Assembly (NCBI GenBank): GCA_021613535.1
Contig: CP075496.1
Span: 6,076,001 to 6,140,000, forward strand
Direction: 5' to 3'
Length of the DNA stretch: 64,000 nucleotides
Source of the DNA: Adineta vaga
Lineage: Eukaryota; Animalia; Rotifera
Part shown: in pieces, positions 42,883 through 55,408 of the stretch
Numbering within the stretch: position 1 is the stretch's first letter
How the letters are laid out: each line of letters begins with the position of its first letter
The notes under the pieces: model-generated
What the model was told of the DNA's origin: nothing
The model's input: the letters and a program-made list of their open reading frames with translations, nothing else
Database searches by the model: none
Made by a program: the position numbers and the translations under genes

Positions 42883-44208
42883 ATGGCTGAAAAACAGAAA
42901 CGTGTAAAAAACTATTCATCTTTACAACAATTAATGGATGAACAAAATCAAAATTTCAATTCTCATTGCCAACGACCGATTCCTTTTTCAATCAATCATT
43001 TAACTTCATCAACTCCAATTTCAAATAAACGACGTTGTTCTCCTATTATTCACGAACCAATTGATCTGTTCTCAAATAATCAACATTCAATATACAATCA
43101 ATATCTTCCCCCGATATCGACAAGAACGACAACAACAACAACAACAACAGCGACAACAAATCGAAAGCGATCTCTAGAAGATGATTCTCATATTCAATCT
43201 TCTAATCCATATATAAAACGAACACGATATGAACATAATATTGAATTAGAAAATCAGCCACCATCTACAGCAATAAAACGTCGTTCTCTATTTCTATATC
43301 ATCCAGGACAAGATTGGAATCATTTACAAATGCAAAATGACTTCCCATCTTTCTCCAATCCATCGATACCATCATTATCAACTACACATGAATATGAACA
43401 AAATCTATCGAATCAATTTTTTCCTTCAAATTTACATACGGAACATTTCACAAATTCACATTTACATATGTTTGGAAACGATTCATTGATTACTTCTGGT
43501 CACAAAGGTAAGTGTATAGCTAACAGTTTGATTGTTTTATCACTAATATCCTCCAAGATATTAATTGAGTAGTTTTACGCTGAGCAAAACCATTAAAATT
43601 CCTTCTATGATAGCAAATAAATTGTTCTTTGAATTTTAGATACCTTTCCAAAATCAACAAAGAATACAGTTACAAATAATATACGTTTATTTTCACCACA
43701 ATCAAATATTACTAGTCCATTACGTACTACAAACTTCGTTGTTGATAGCAAACAACAAGCAATGAGTGCAACAATAATGCGAACAGGAAATATCTCACCC
43801 GCTCATTCAGATACTTCAACTGAATCAACATCCACATGTTCATCGGATGAACAACAATTTCATTTAAATTTTCCATCATTTCATTATCAACCATCACGTT
43901 CCTATCGTGAACGTGAAAACTATGAACAGTTATTGGATCTAGCAGAAAAATTATCCGATCCAAATCGTTTTAATTCAGTGGACATTGAACAATTCTCTTC
44001 CTATCGTTATAAATCAACAATAACAGCAGAAATTTTATCTTCAAAACAAACAGCTTGTGTTATATGTATGTCTCATTTTAAAACTAATCAACGTATTCGT
44101 AAACTTCCATGTCAACATGAATATCATTCCAAATGTATTGCAAGATGGTTTACAATGAATTCATCATGTCCTATATGTCGACGAGATAATTTTTTCTCAA
44201 CTTGTTGA
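42883..44208 (+). CDS. RNF38/RNF44-like RING-H2 E3 ubiquitin ligase
   Basis: Exons 42883-43507 and ~43640-44208. 'ENYEQLLDLAEKL...DIEQFSSYRY' precedes the C3H2C3 RING 'CVIC...CQHEYHSKC...CPIC'. Confidence 0.85.
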
Positions 44209-44986
44209 TCCTTACATACATAACTCGACACATTAATTGAAAGTTCTTCGTTTTTCGTTTTCATTTATGTACAACAGTAAAAATGTTTTATATACTTATA
44301 ATATTAACAACTTACAAGAAAAAACAAAATTTGTCAATGTTTGTCTTGTTTCCTCTTCAATCTTTTTCTCTTCTCTCTTTTATGTATGTATGCTTTTTTT
44401 TCTATGTAAGTATATTTTTCTTAAGAAAAAAAAATTAATCATCAGCTAAACATGTTTCTCTGAGGTCACTTTTAAAAATGAAGTTTCTTCTTGTACTTTC
44501 GAAGTTTTTTTATTAATAGCATTAGTACGTGATGCTTTACAACGATTTTAACCTGAAGGGAAAAGAAAAACTAGACTGTTCAAGTGAAGGAAGAGAGAAT
44601 ATCGACAAAAAAAAGATAGCCTAGGTCCATTTCCATTGCAAGCAAAAGAAGAAGAGAAAAACTACGGACAGAACGAAAAAGAATCGACTGTATAATTAAG
44701 AGGGGAAAAAAGACACGACGAACATCGTTCTCGCCCATGTTCCTATTTTTTTCTCTCTCTCTCTCGCTCGTTTTCATTCTGTGAAAAAAAATTTTTCTTC
44801 ACACATTCGCTTGTTCTGAACGAACAAACGTCTGCTCTTCACATTCAGAGAAAGCACATAATATTCATACAGTCGTCGTCACGAAGTAGGTCTGCTGCTT
44901 ATTTTTTTTATTTATTTATAATGAACAAACATATATACACAAATAGATTTCATACAATTATTCGTGCCGTTTTTCTTTCTTTCTAG

Positions 44987-46893
44987 ATGATGACACGAAA
45001 AGATAATAATATGAATCCTAGCTCTCAATCATTGAGTATGTTAAATGAAAACAAAACTAGAGTTTATTTTTAGTAAAGAATTTGATGATTGTTTAGATTA
45101 TAACACCTATTCAGCATTTGGTCATGATTATCATCATCATAATCCTTGGGAAAAGCCGAATTATTCAACATTTGCGTATCAACAAACGCCGTATACAATT
45201 GGAATGCTATCTTCTACCGGTGGTTTAATAAATAAATCCAGTGATTCTCATTTACCATTTGATATCACATCGAATCTTAATCATTCAACTTCAAGTTTTT
45301 ATAGACGTCATAGTATGTAAAGAATTAGTTTCGTGTAATACGGTATTTAACAATATTCTTCTTTCAGCTGAATCAGCCTTGCCAACATCGACCTCAATTT
45401 ATTCCTCATCCACAACGAATCATTCATCATCGAATCCATTTCATTACTCACATATGCCAACAAATTATCATCCATCGGAATTATTTTTTGGATGGAATAA
45501 TGGACCATCGCTAATGCGTACACATAGTGCTTCTTATCATGATTATCCACAATCAAGTAATTTTCATTAGTCTTTCTTTCTAAACGAAGATAGTAAAACG
45601 AGTTGATTCAAGTTAACTAAGTCAAAAATCTATTTATTGTTCTACTTTGCATCATATCGATCATGACTGACAAATATGCAATGATTTAGAGGGACTGTTA
45701 TTTGCTTTAATAAAATATTGTACATGGCAAATCATGCTGTTGATAAGTGTGTTCGTATATGGTTTCAGTTCGAAGAATATAGATTATACATTACAATTTC
45801 TATTGACTGATCCCTTAGGAATCTAAGCTGACGAGAGCTTCGAAATATGATTGCTAGCCGGAATTCTCTTCTCGTTAAAATGAACAAATAGTGTAAGGAT
45901 TAAGAGACAGAGAACGAGAGAAAGGATAAGTTTTCATATTCAAGAGGAAAATTGCTATTCAAGTACTACTCGTCTAATCTATCCATTAGCAAAACTCAAA
46001 TATTTATAGATTAATCGAGAACATTTCTCATGAAATGATAACGTATTTAGATCCTTTATAGACAAATCTGTAGGTGTTCCATAATTTATTTATGTACAAA
46101 TATTTCAGCTCCATTTCCACACTACAATCCAACCGGTTCTTCAATTTCGCAATCAACAATAAATACCAAATCAGCCGAGATTCGATCAACTGCACAACCA
46201 ATAAATACACCTTTAAACCATAATTATTCTCCGTTTCTAAATATTCTTCCACCAATACACTTTTCTCTACCACCATTACCACCTACTATTGTTCCTTCGA
46301 AATCCAAACGTTCTATTCCAACCAGCAAAAGACGTCCTCGTGTAACTCCTCGACTACGTTATGAAATTCTTAAATTAAAAGCTAATAAACCCACGATGTT
46401 CGTTTGGGAAATTCAGCAAACTTTATTAGAAAATGGTATTTGCACCAGTCAAACATTACCAAATGTAAATTTTAACTTTTTGTTTATATTTCGTTTTAAA
46501 TCAATATTGTTTTTTCATTAGACAACAACGATTCAACGTATTCTTAATGAATCTCCAACATTTAGTACTATTATCAAAGATGAATATCAATCCCACTCAG
46601 ATTTAGCAATATCAACAACATTGAATGATACTGTTGAAACAAAAACTTCCTCATCATCATCATCATCATCAGTTACAATTTGTTTATCTCCGTCACAATC
46701 TGATACTGAATCCACATCTGAATGTTCAATTTGTCTTGAAACATACCGTAGTGGACAAGAAGTTAGTATTCTTTCATGTTCCCATGAATATCATTCGTCA
46801 TGTATAAAAGAATGGATGATGAAAAATCGTTCATGTCCAATGTGTCGAAAAGATATTCATAATCAACCACAATTTGTTACTTTACTCATTTGA
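44987..46893 (+). CDS. Chimeric protein: low-complexity N-terminus + paired-domain RED subdomain + RING-H2
   Basis: Manual splicing (44987-~45035, ~45079-45311, 45368-45556, 46109-46464, 46522-46893) keeps one frame. RED-like 'RPRVTPRLRYEILKLKANKPTMFVWEIQQTLLENGICTSQTLPN|TTTIQRIL'. RING-H2 'CSIC...CSHEYHSSC...CPMC'. The first exon junction is least certain. Confidence 0.8.
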
Positions 46894-49800
46894 TTTGTTA
46901 ATGATTTATTTTTGTCTGTTGTTGTTTTTTTTCTTCCTTCTCATTCATTTTCTCGCTCATTTTTCCATTGTAAATACGAATGTGTATGAATATAGCATTC
47001 TATTCAAAGCAAAATTATGAATTTCTACGGATAATTTTTGTAATCTGAAGATTCAAATGCGTATATATTGAATGTTTGGTTGGTTTTTCATGTAAAAATT
47101 TTGCAAAAAAGAAAACTAACTTCAGAATGAAGGGGAAATTAGTTTCTGAAAAGAGGAAAATGAAGTAATATAATAAACTTTGCGTTTTATATGAAGAAGA
47201 ATAATATAATAAATTCTAAGATATGTTTCAAAGGAAGAAACATAAAAATTTCAATAAAGTCCATGATTCAAAAGTTGCTCAATGCTTAGAAATAGAATTA
47301 AAGAAGTTTTACGATAATTCTACAAAGAAGATTGAAATGATTTCCTTGAATTGTAAACAAAAAACAACAACAAAAAATCATGAAAAAAATCAAAAGTACA
47401 GATAACCTGAGTTCTCCTATATAATCTGAATGTTAATGATTCTAAATGTTTTCTAGCTATTTTAAATCGTTTTTAATTTTCTCTGTAAGTTCCTGAATAT
47501 CTCATGGAAACGGTTGATGTTTTACATAAAAGTCAGTTTCTTTTCCTCCTGGTCAGTGTTTATGAATTGTCGCTTTCTACAAATGAATGAGTGAAAATGA
47601 TTAATAAGATGTTAACCTCTATCAAATCTACATGTAAATTCTCACTAAATTTTACACATACAATTAGTAATTTAGATAATAATGTTTCATCAGAACCCGC
47701 TGTTTTCCTAAAGCTAATCATGATAAAATAAGGTGTCGGAGTTTTAAAACTAGCGACTATTCTAAAAAAAAGTACTTAATTGAAATTAATTAAATATTTC
47801 TACATCGTATTTCGATGCATTAACTATAAAAGGTTAAAAGATCATCTACGATCTGAACGATAAATAAATCATTGAAAGTATAGTTTCAGTTGTAGAATGA
47901 ATAGTTCGATATAAATTGACTAAAAAATAAAAATCAGGTCATTTTAGAGCAAACGTCAAATGAACTATTTTTCAGTTGAAAAAAGTCATTAATCATTTAA
48001 ATAGAATGTATTTCATGATAATATCTTGAGTTAAAAAAAGATCTGATAAAAACGAACGGTTTTATTCATGATAAATAAACAAGAAAGAAGTATATTAATC
48101 ATACTCTATTAGTATTTTATGATATTTATAGAAATATAAAATGATGAGAAATAGAATCACTCAAGTAGAATAATGGATTGCAAAGAAATAAACTATGATT
48201 TTCATGTTGTAATATTTACATAATTGAAACAAGTTTTCTTCGTAATTAGAAAAGATTTTATTTCATTACTATTCTAATAAACATCTACAAAATAGTTAAT
48301 TTGATCTATAGAAATAGTACTGTTTTGTTTTGTTTTGTTTTGTTCTTTTTGTAATCGAAAATATTAAAGAAAAACATGACTTTTTTATGTACCCAAATCA
48401 AGTAAAACATATCAGGCATTATCATAGGAGATTTTCAAGTAATACGATGAAGGAAAAAAATCAGTTTGATTATATTTCTTTACCAGAGAAATTATACATT
48501 TGATGTCGAAAGAATTTGTTGAAAATATATTAATACAAAAATAGTTAATCATCAAGGACAAGTTCCACAAAAGTTCTTTCACTTGTTATAGTTCGATGAA
48601 TTAATTGTACGGAATCATTTTGGCTTTTATTTGTTATCTACGCTTGAAATACATAGAATGTAAAATCTTAATGTATATCAATTTCCGTCTTAAATGTCTT
48701 TAAATAATATCATCCATGCGAAACTAAATCTCTTTGTTTTCTATAATTCTAAAGTTAGATAAAGAAAGAAAATGCAGGAAAGACTAATGGATGAAAATGG
48801 AGATAGTTTTGTTTTATTAGAATAGTCCTTTTTCCCGTTATTTATATAGTTATTATTTGAGTACCATTCTATTTAGTTTTATCTTTACAAAACTATCGAC
48901 AATCTAGGTAAGTAAAGTTTAATAGCCTAAAGCGAATCTTCAAAAATACAAAGCTGAAGACGATTGTCATCTTCCGCTCATTTCGTTAGTTTTCTCTTTT
49001 CTTGTATCGTAGTCAATTGTCGATTCTCTTCTTATAAATTTATGTACTCGTTTCTCTCTGTCTTTCTGATTGTGCGACCAATTGTATTGTCATCAATCGG
49101 ATCAGATCATATTCGTTCCAGTGAACACACTCTAATGAGAAGATGAATGACATTTGAATTCTGATTTTATTCGATATTTGTCTGTCTATTAATATTCAAA
49201 ACTTTTCGTTTGATACTTCGATTTTTAATTTCAACAAATAAGAAAGAAAGAGAGAGAGAAAATTTACTTTATAAAGTACGCCAATGTCAATGCATGTTTT
49301 TATCATACTAAATCAATCAGATCTTTGATTGAAGATGTGTGATGTGTATATGGCAAGCGTTCATCTTGTCGGTCCCTTATTTTATCATTAATGTTCGACA
49401 CTGATTGCGATCTTTCTCTCTTTGTCCTATTAAAGAGTGTATGTGTGTGTGTGAGCGTACATTTTTTTTGTCGTCGCTCAATAATGATAAGTTCTTTGTA
49501 ATTAGCTACATACATACATACACACACTATCTCCTTTTTCTTTCCTATTGATAGGCATAGGGCAGACATGCAGAGGCCCTAAAGGAATGCAATACTAATT
49601 TTACTTTGATCATTTTAGCGGAATAACTGACGGTGACAGCGACAAGCAAGAACAAGGCAAATTACATTGCGTTAACACCTCGTCCTTTTCTTTCTTGCTC
49701 GTTGTCTGTTGTATTTTTTGAACATCATCAATGAATTGTTGACGAGATTTTCTTGGACTATGAAAAAGTGCTCGAGAAAGGAAGATAAGAGAGAGAGCGA

Positions 49801-51167
49801 GCGAGAGAAAATCTATTTCGTAGGCGGACATCATTACGCTTGAATGCTGATCAACCTCATCAGGATGAGTGCAGAAGCACGAAGCTTTTTTCCGACATGT
49901 GTATGTCTCTTTTCTAATTTCGAAGTCTAGTTAGTGTAAATGTATGTCGGTTCTTGTGAACAGAAGAAAAGAAAACCAATAGAAATAACATTTGTCCTGC
50001 TTTCTTCTAGTTGTTTTTATTCTATCTGTTATATATTGTAACGATTGTTAATCAGATGGAAATGAAGATAATTACGGAAAAGAAGGAAGAAAAAGATTGA
50101 CTAAAAACTATCCTCATTATCAGAAGAATGTGTACCTGCTGTGTTTGATCAATGATATACAATATTTATTCTGATGAGAGACGAAAATGATAATTGTTTA
50201 GATCAAACTACACTTGTTTATGGCGTCAACTAATCAAGAACGATGTATTTATTTAATTGCACCTGCTGTTTCTAATGATCAAGAAGAAGAGAGATGTATA
50301 CACTAGAGGATTTCAGAATCTTTCGGCTATTTAATAACAATAATAGAGAAACATTGGGCAAAGAAAATATTGATATTTATGGGAGAAATAAAGCAAGCGA
50401 GATAGAATGTAATGAGCGTAATAAATGGAAATTTTCATGATTTTTCTACAATAATGACCGTTACCCTAAAGAAATACCCTTTAAAGGTTTCTGTCGTTTT
50501 ATTAAATTTTTCAAATAAAAGAAAAGTCGACAAAACATCATGTTTTCGTCTAATAAAAGAATACATATGAGTTATCATCAAAAGTGCATTCTGTTAATAG
50601 AAACAGATATTTCTTTGAATTTAGAAGGTATCTTTTGTTATGTAAATCTACTAAACAAAAATATACAAATATCTATTAGATAGATGAGAAAACATATTTC
50701 AAATAATCAAATGATTATTTCATCTTAAGAGTATTTAGATTCAATCCAATCAGTTGTGTTTCTTTTAATCCTAATTTTTTTCGATTGTTGTTGACTTTCT
50801 CATTTGGCGACAATAACAAACGGATCGTTTTCTTTTTCTTTTGTTTTTCTTTTTAATTAAAAACTTCGAGGCGTCGTATGTATTTCTTTTCATTCTCTTT
50901 TTCTTCGTGTCCGAGAATATCAAGCATGGATATATACAGAGACATCAGGAGAATATAAAACGATTTAATACCGACTTGACAAATGTCATAAGATCTTTTC
51001 ATGCAGAAATTATGAGATGATAATAACCGACGAAAAATAATTGTCGTTCTTTTTCTTCCGTTGGGAATTGGCACTGCTGACCAATGTCCTTGTCTAACTA
51101 TGTGTGTAATCAGGCATAATTTCTCTCTTGGTGGTCAGTAATAAGTCTCAATGAATAGAAGACGGAA

Positions 51168-51236
51168 GAAGCAGAAGCAGAAGCAGAAGCAGAAGCAGAA
51201 GCAGAAGCAGAAGAAGAAGAAGAAGAAGAAGAAGAA
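51168..51236 (+). repeat. Compound microsatellite (GAAGCA)7(GAA)9
   Basis: Read directly from the sequence upstream of Pax6. Confidence 0.9.
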
Positions 51237-51759
51237 GGAATCTTAGATTCAGGTAGACGAAGGAAAAAAAGAAAAAGAATAGCAAACTAAAAATAAGCAA
51301 CCAATCATTAAACGACCCGAGAAGAAAAAGAAATCATCCAACCAATGATTAATTTGTTCTCTTCTTTTCTTCGCCTACTTGATTGCAACAAAGTGCTTAG
51401 GCGTCGTCGTTGTCGATATGACTGACAGAAATGAAAAGAGAAAAAAAAGGTAGCCAGTCAGAAGAGAGGAAGACGAATATGTTAATTCGAGCAGAAAAAA
51501 TGAAGAGAAAAAAGAAAAGAAAAAGACCGACAAACAATCGGATTTGCTGCCGGTAGAGTTTCTTATGGCATTTTTTCTCTTCATCGCTCGCTCTCTTTCC
51601 CTCTTCCTCTCTCTCTCTCACTCTGTCTTATCCTTTCGCGATCTATTTCTCTTTTTCTTGTCGTTATACGCTTGCCCGATTTTTCTCTTGTATATGTGTT
51701 TTGTCTCGATGCTTTCAGTTGTAAGCGCACAAATCGAGCGTTCACACGAGGCTAACTAA

Positions 51760-51836
51760 CCGAATCCGTGCGAGCGTTGTCCGCCCGCCCGCCCGTGTGT
51801 GATCCGAAACAAGTTCCAACCCACTGAACTGTAAGT
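51760..51836 (+). promoter_or_regulatory. GC-rich promoter / non-coding first exon of Pax6
   Basis: Locally GC-rich island with CCGCCCGCCCGCCC, ending in a consensus donor GTAAGT at 51831. Two CCAAT boxes lie near 51301 and 51342. Confidence 0.45.
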
Positions 51837-52237
51837 TGTTACTAATATTCTCAATATAAAAAAAAGGAAAATCAAGAGGAAAAAAGAAAAGGAACGGAAA
51901 ATGTATTTTTCAAAGATAATCAAGATATTCGATTGTATCCTTAGATTTCTTCCTTCTTTTTTTTCGGATTGTTTTATTGAAAAGAAAACATACGCCCCAA
52001 TGAATGACTGTTGATGATCAATAAATATATGATTCAATGAACATTAAATATATAGTTGAATAAATCACAATTAGAGAAATAGAGTCATAGAAGAAGAAGA
52101 AAAAAAACGACAGACCAAAGCAGACATTCAGATAAGATTAGTTTGAAAACATGTCGGGGTAAATAAAATTTGTTCGAAATCTATCTTTTCATTTGTACAT
52201 TATTGTTTTTTCTTGTTCATTCTAGTTCACCGATACA

Positions 52238-54745
52238 ATGGATATTCATAATGATCTATCAATGTCTCATAAAGGTTAGTTATCCTTACTTGAGTAGAAG
52301 ATCAAACATAAGGAGTGAAATATAAAAAAACATGCCCGTGAGGATATTGTTTATATATTTAACAATTTCATTTATTCCAATACAGATATCGTTAGAAGAA
52401 ACATGTTATTGTTGTTGTTTTGATAAGAAATTAGAATGTGATCAATCACCGCCGGTGATCACAATCTTATACGGTGCAATGCATTTCAAGTGTTTTTACT
52501 GTTCCCTTCTTCATCTACTTTTTTTTCTTCTTCAAATACTAATATTAATCATGAATATGCAATGAGAAATCTATATGTATATATGTATATTTTTCTAGGA
52601 CATTCAGGAGTTAATCAACTTGGAGGTTTATTTGTTAATGGTCGACCATTACCGGATAGTACACGAACACGTATAGTCGAACTAGCTCATAATGGCATGC
52701 GTCCATGTGATATTAGTCGATGTTTACAAGTGTCGAATGGTTGCGTATCAAAAATTTTAGCACGATATTATGAAACAGGTTCAATTAAACCACGCGCAAT
52801 TGGTGGTTCGAAACCTCGTGTAGCAACCAATGATGTTGTACAGAAAATAGCTCAATATAAACGCGAAACACCATCAATCTTTGCTTGGGAAATACGAGAT
52901 CGTCTTTTAGCTGAAAATGTTTGTAATTCGGAAAATATTCCAAGTGTACGTATCAGACAGCAGAAAAAAAGACACCCATATCTATTGAATGAAAATTTTC
53001 AATATTTAGGTTTCATCAATTAATCGAGTCTTAAGAAATCTTGGTTCGAAATCAATGGATTCAATGACCAATCATGAAACATACTATTCTGTGGATAGTA
53101 AATTACGTGTTTTACATAGTCAACCATGGCCATCATCATCCTCATCATTCTATGCTCATCCTCCTGGTACACAACCATCATCAGCAACATATTCAACAAG
53201 TGGAGATTCAAATTCGGAATATAAACATCAAGGAAATGATGGAAATCATGGACATCATCAAGATTTAGGAGGTAAGAAAAAAGAGCAAAGCATTACTAGA
53301 TTGTCTTTTTGAACAACATTCCGATACTTATTTCCATTCGAATTCTTTACTAACAGCTCAGATTGAAGTAGGTTCGGCAAGTGTTTGATTTCGAACTATG
53401 CTCTATTTAATAAATAGACCACCTGTAGATGAGACGATCGATTGATTAAAAATAAACTGCTCATGCCCTCAGGATACAGAATCTCTTTTTCCTTGAAGAC
53501 AAAAAAACATAACAAAATGATATTCCTATTCTCGATTCGTGTAATTATTCCATGAATCTGATTGGTGGAAATTCTAAAGAAGAAGGAAAAAAAACTTGTC
53601 ACTATTTTACAGATGTTCAATCTTTTCTAATCCGTAGTTTTCCACATCGTTGATTAACATTGTTTTTCTCCATTGAAATGTGAACGATAAGAAGAAAAGA
53701 AAAGATTTTTTTTCTTTTGTCTTTAGATTTATCTGATGCAAGTAATGATAGCAAATCAGCAATACGAGATAGTTTAAATGAGAATGAAGAAGCTGTACAA
53801 GAACGATTGAAATTAAAACGTAAATTACAACGGAATCGAACATCATTTACTCAAGAACAAATCGATGCTTTAGAGCAAGGTATTTTATAGGACAAAAAAA
53901 ATGGCTTGTTTCTAAAAGAATTTATTTTATAGCTTTTAATGGAACACATTATCCGGATGTTTACGCACGAGAAAAACTGGCACAAAAAATTAATTTACCT
54001 GAAGCAAGAATTCAAGTAAGACAGTGTATTGAAATAAAAATAGAATTCCATGATAATTAACTATAGGTCTGGTTTTCTAATCGTCGAGCTAAATATCGTC
54101 GAGAAGATAAAGTTAAAGGCCGACGTCAACATCAACAATTAATGAATGATATGGGAGAAAATCTTCGTCCATCAGGTTCAACACCACCTCTTCCAACATC
54201 TCAACAAACTCAACCATCATCTTCGTCAGTTTCACTCTATCCGCCCGTACTTCCAAATAATGATCAACATCTTCATCATCATCATCATCATCAATATGGA
54301 GCATTTAGTTCAGGTTTTACTGGACAAATGGCTGCAGCTGTTGCATGTAGTTCAACAGGATATCCAACTTTTTTTCCTAGTAAGTTATCTCATCATGATA
54401 ATTCAATTGTATTCCAATATGAATGTCTATACCCTGAAGAGATCTTTTCGTGTTATATAGAAAATAATTGACACATAACTCAATTTGTTTTTTTTCTAAT
54501 AGATTCAACACGTGGCTATGACGGACTAAGTCCATTTAGCACACCTTATAATCGTTCTTGTCCAAATTATTCAACAGGTATATCAACTAATCTCTCATCA
54601 GGTATAAAAAAAATATATTTTATTCATCATATCATATTGATTAACACAATCACACTCTTTAGATTTAGATCATATGAAAAATATGCCGTCAATGTCATCT
54701 TATGGTGGTGCACCACATATTTGGTATTCCCCAATCTTACCATAG
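52238..54745 (+). CDS. Pax6: Paired box protein Pax6 (paired domain + S50 homeodomain)
   Basis: Paired domain '[23 protein letters not shown]...[12 protein letters not shown]...NIPS|[10 protein letters not shown]'. Linker '[12 protein letters not shown]' resembles MYDKLRMLNGQ. Homeodomain '[17 protein letters not shown]...[13 protein letters not shown]...IQ|VWFSNRRAK'. Intron positions are Pax6-typical. Confidence 0.96.
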
Positions 54746-54997
54746 AAAAGAAAAAGTAAGATATGCTTTAATATATCTCTTGAGAATAAGTCGCTTGTTA
54801 AAATGAGATGCTAGTTTGAAATAAGTGTGAGATTGTTTTGATCGGAAAGGTGTCGATCATTCGGTGATATGTGTTATGAAAAAAACAATCACATTTTTTT
54901 CTCTTGTTTTGTTTTAGAATGGAACAATTAATCAACATTGGAATTTGGTCATCGGATTTTTTTTTGTGAACATTTATGGATTGTATCATATTGGTCG

Positions 54998-55034
<37 letters not shown>

Positions 55035-55408
55035 TCTGTATTGTCGTGTCTTTTTCTTTTTATATTTTCAATTAAACAGACATATAAGATCACCTGAAAA
55101 TAAAGACATATTCATATGAAAATGTTATTCAAATTATTTAAATGCTAACTAGTAATGTAACGAGAAAAAATAGAAGTTGATGCAGGAGGTTTTCGCTATA
55201 GATAATATCAATAACAGTGGGCATGAGCAGATAATACGAATACATAATTTCTTTATATAAATCTTATGTTTTCAAGCGCTTAATGCTGTTGGCGAAAGAA
55301 CTCAGCATGCCGATGGACATCTTTAATACTTACGATCGAGATATTTTTCGCGGGAAAGAATTTTTCAATATTAATTTACCAATTTAGTTCATAGATCTAT
55401 CAAGATCA

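Noticed and set aside
50171-50186. CTGATGA-GAGAC-GAAA hammerhead-like core
   Set aside because: No stem I, stem III or properly placed NUH. It shows such cores can arise by chance here.
47000-52037. Short ORFs in the Pax6 upstream region
   Set aside because: Microsatellite and purine-tract translations; the region is better explained as Pax6 regulatory DNA.
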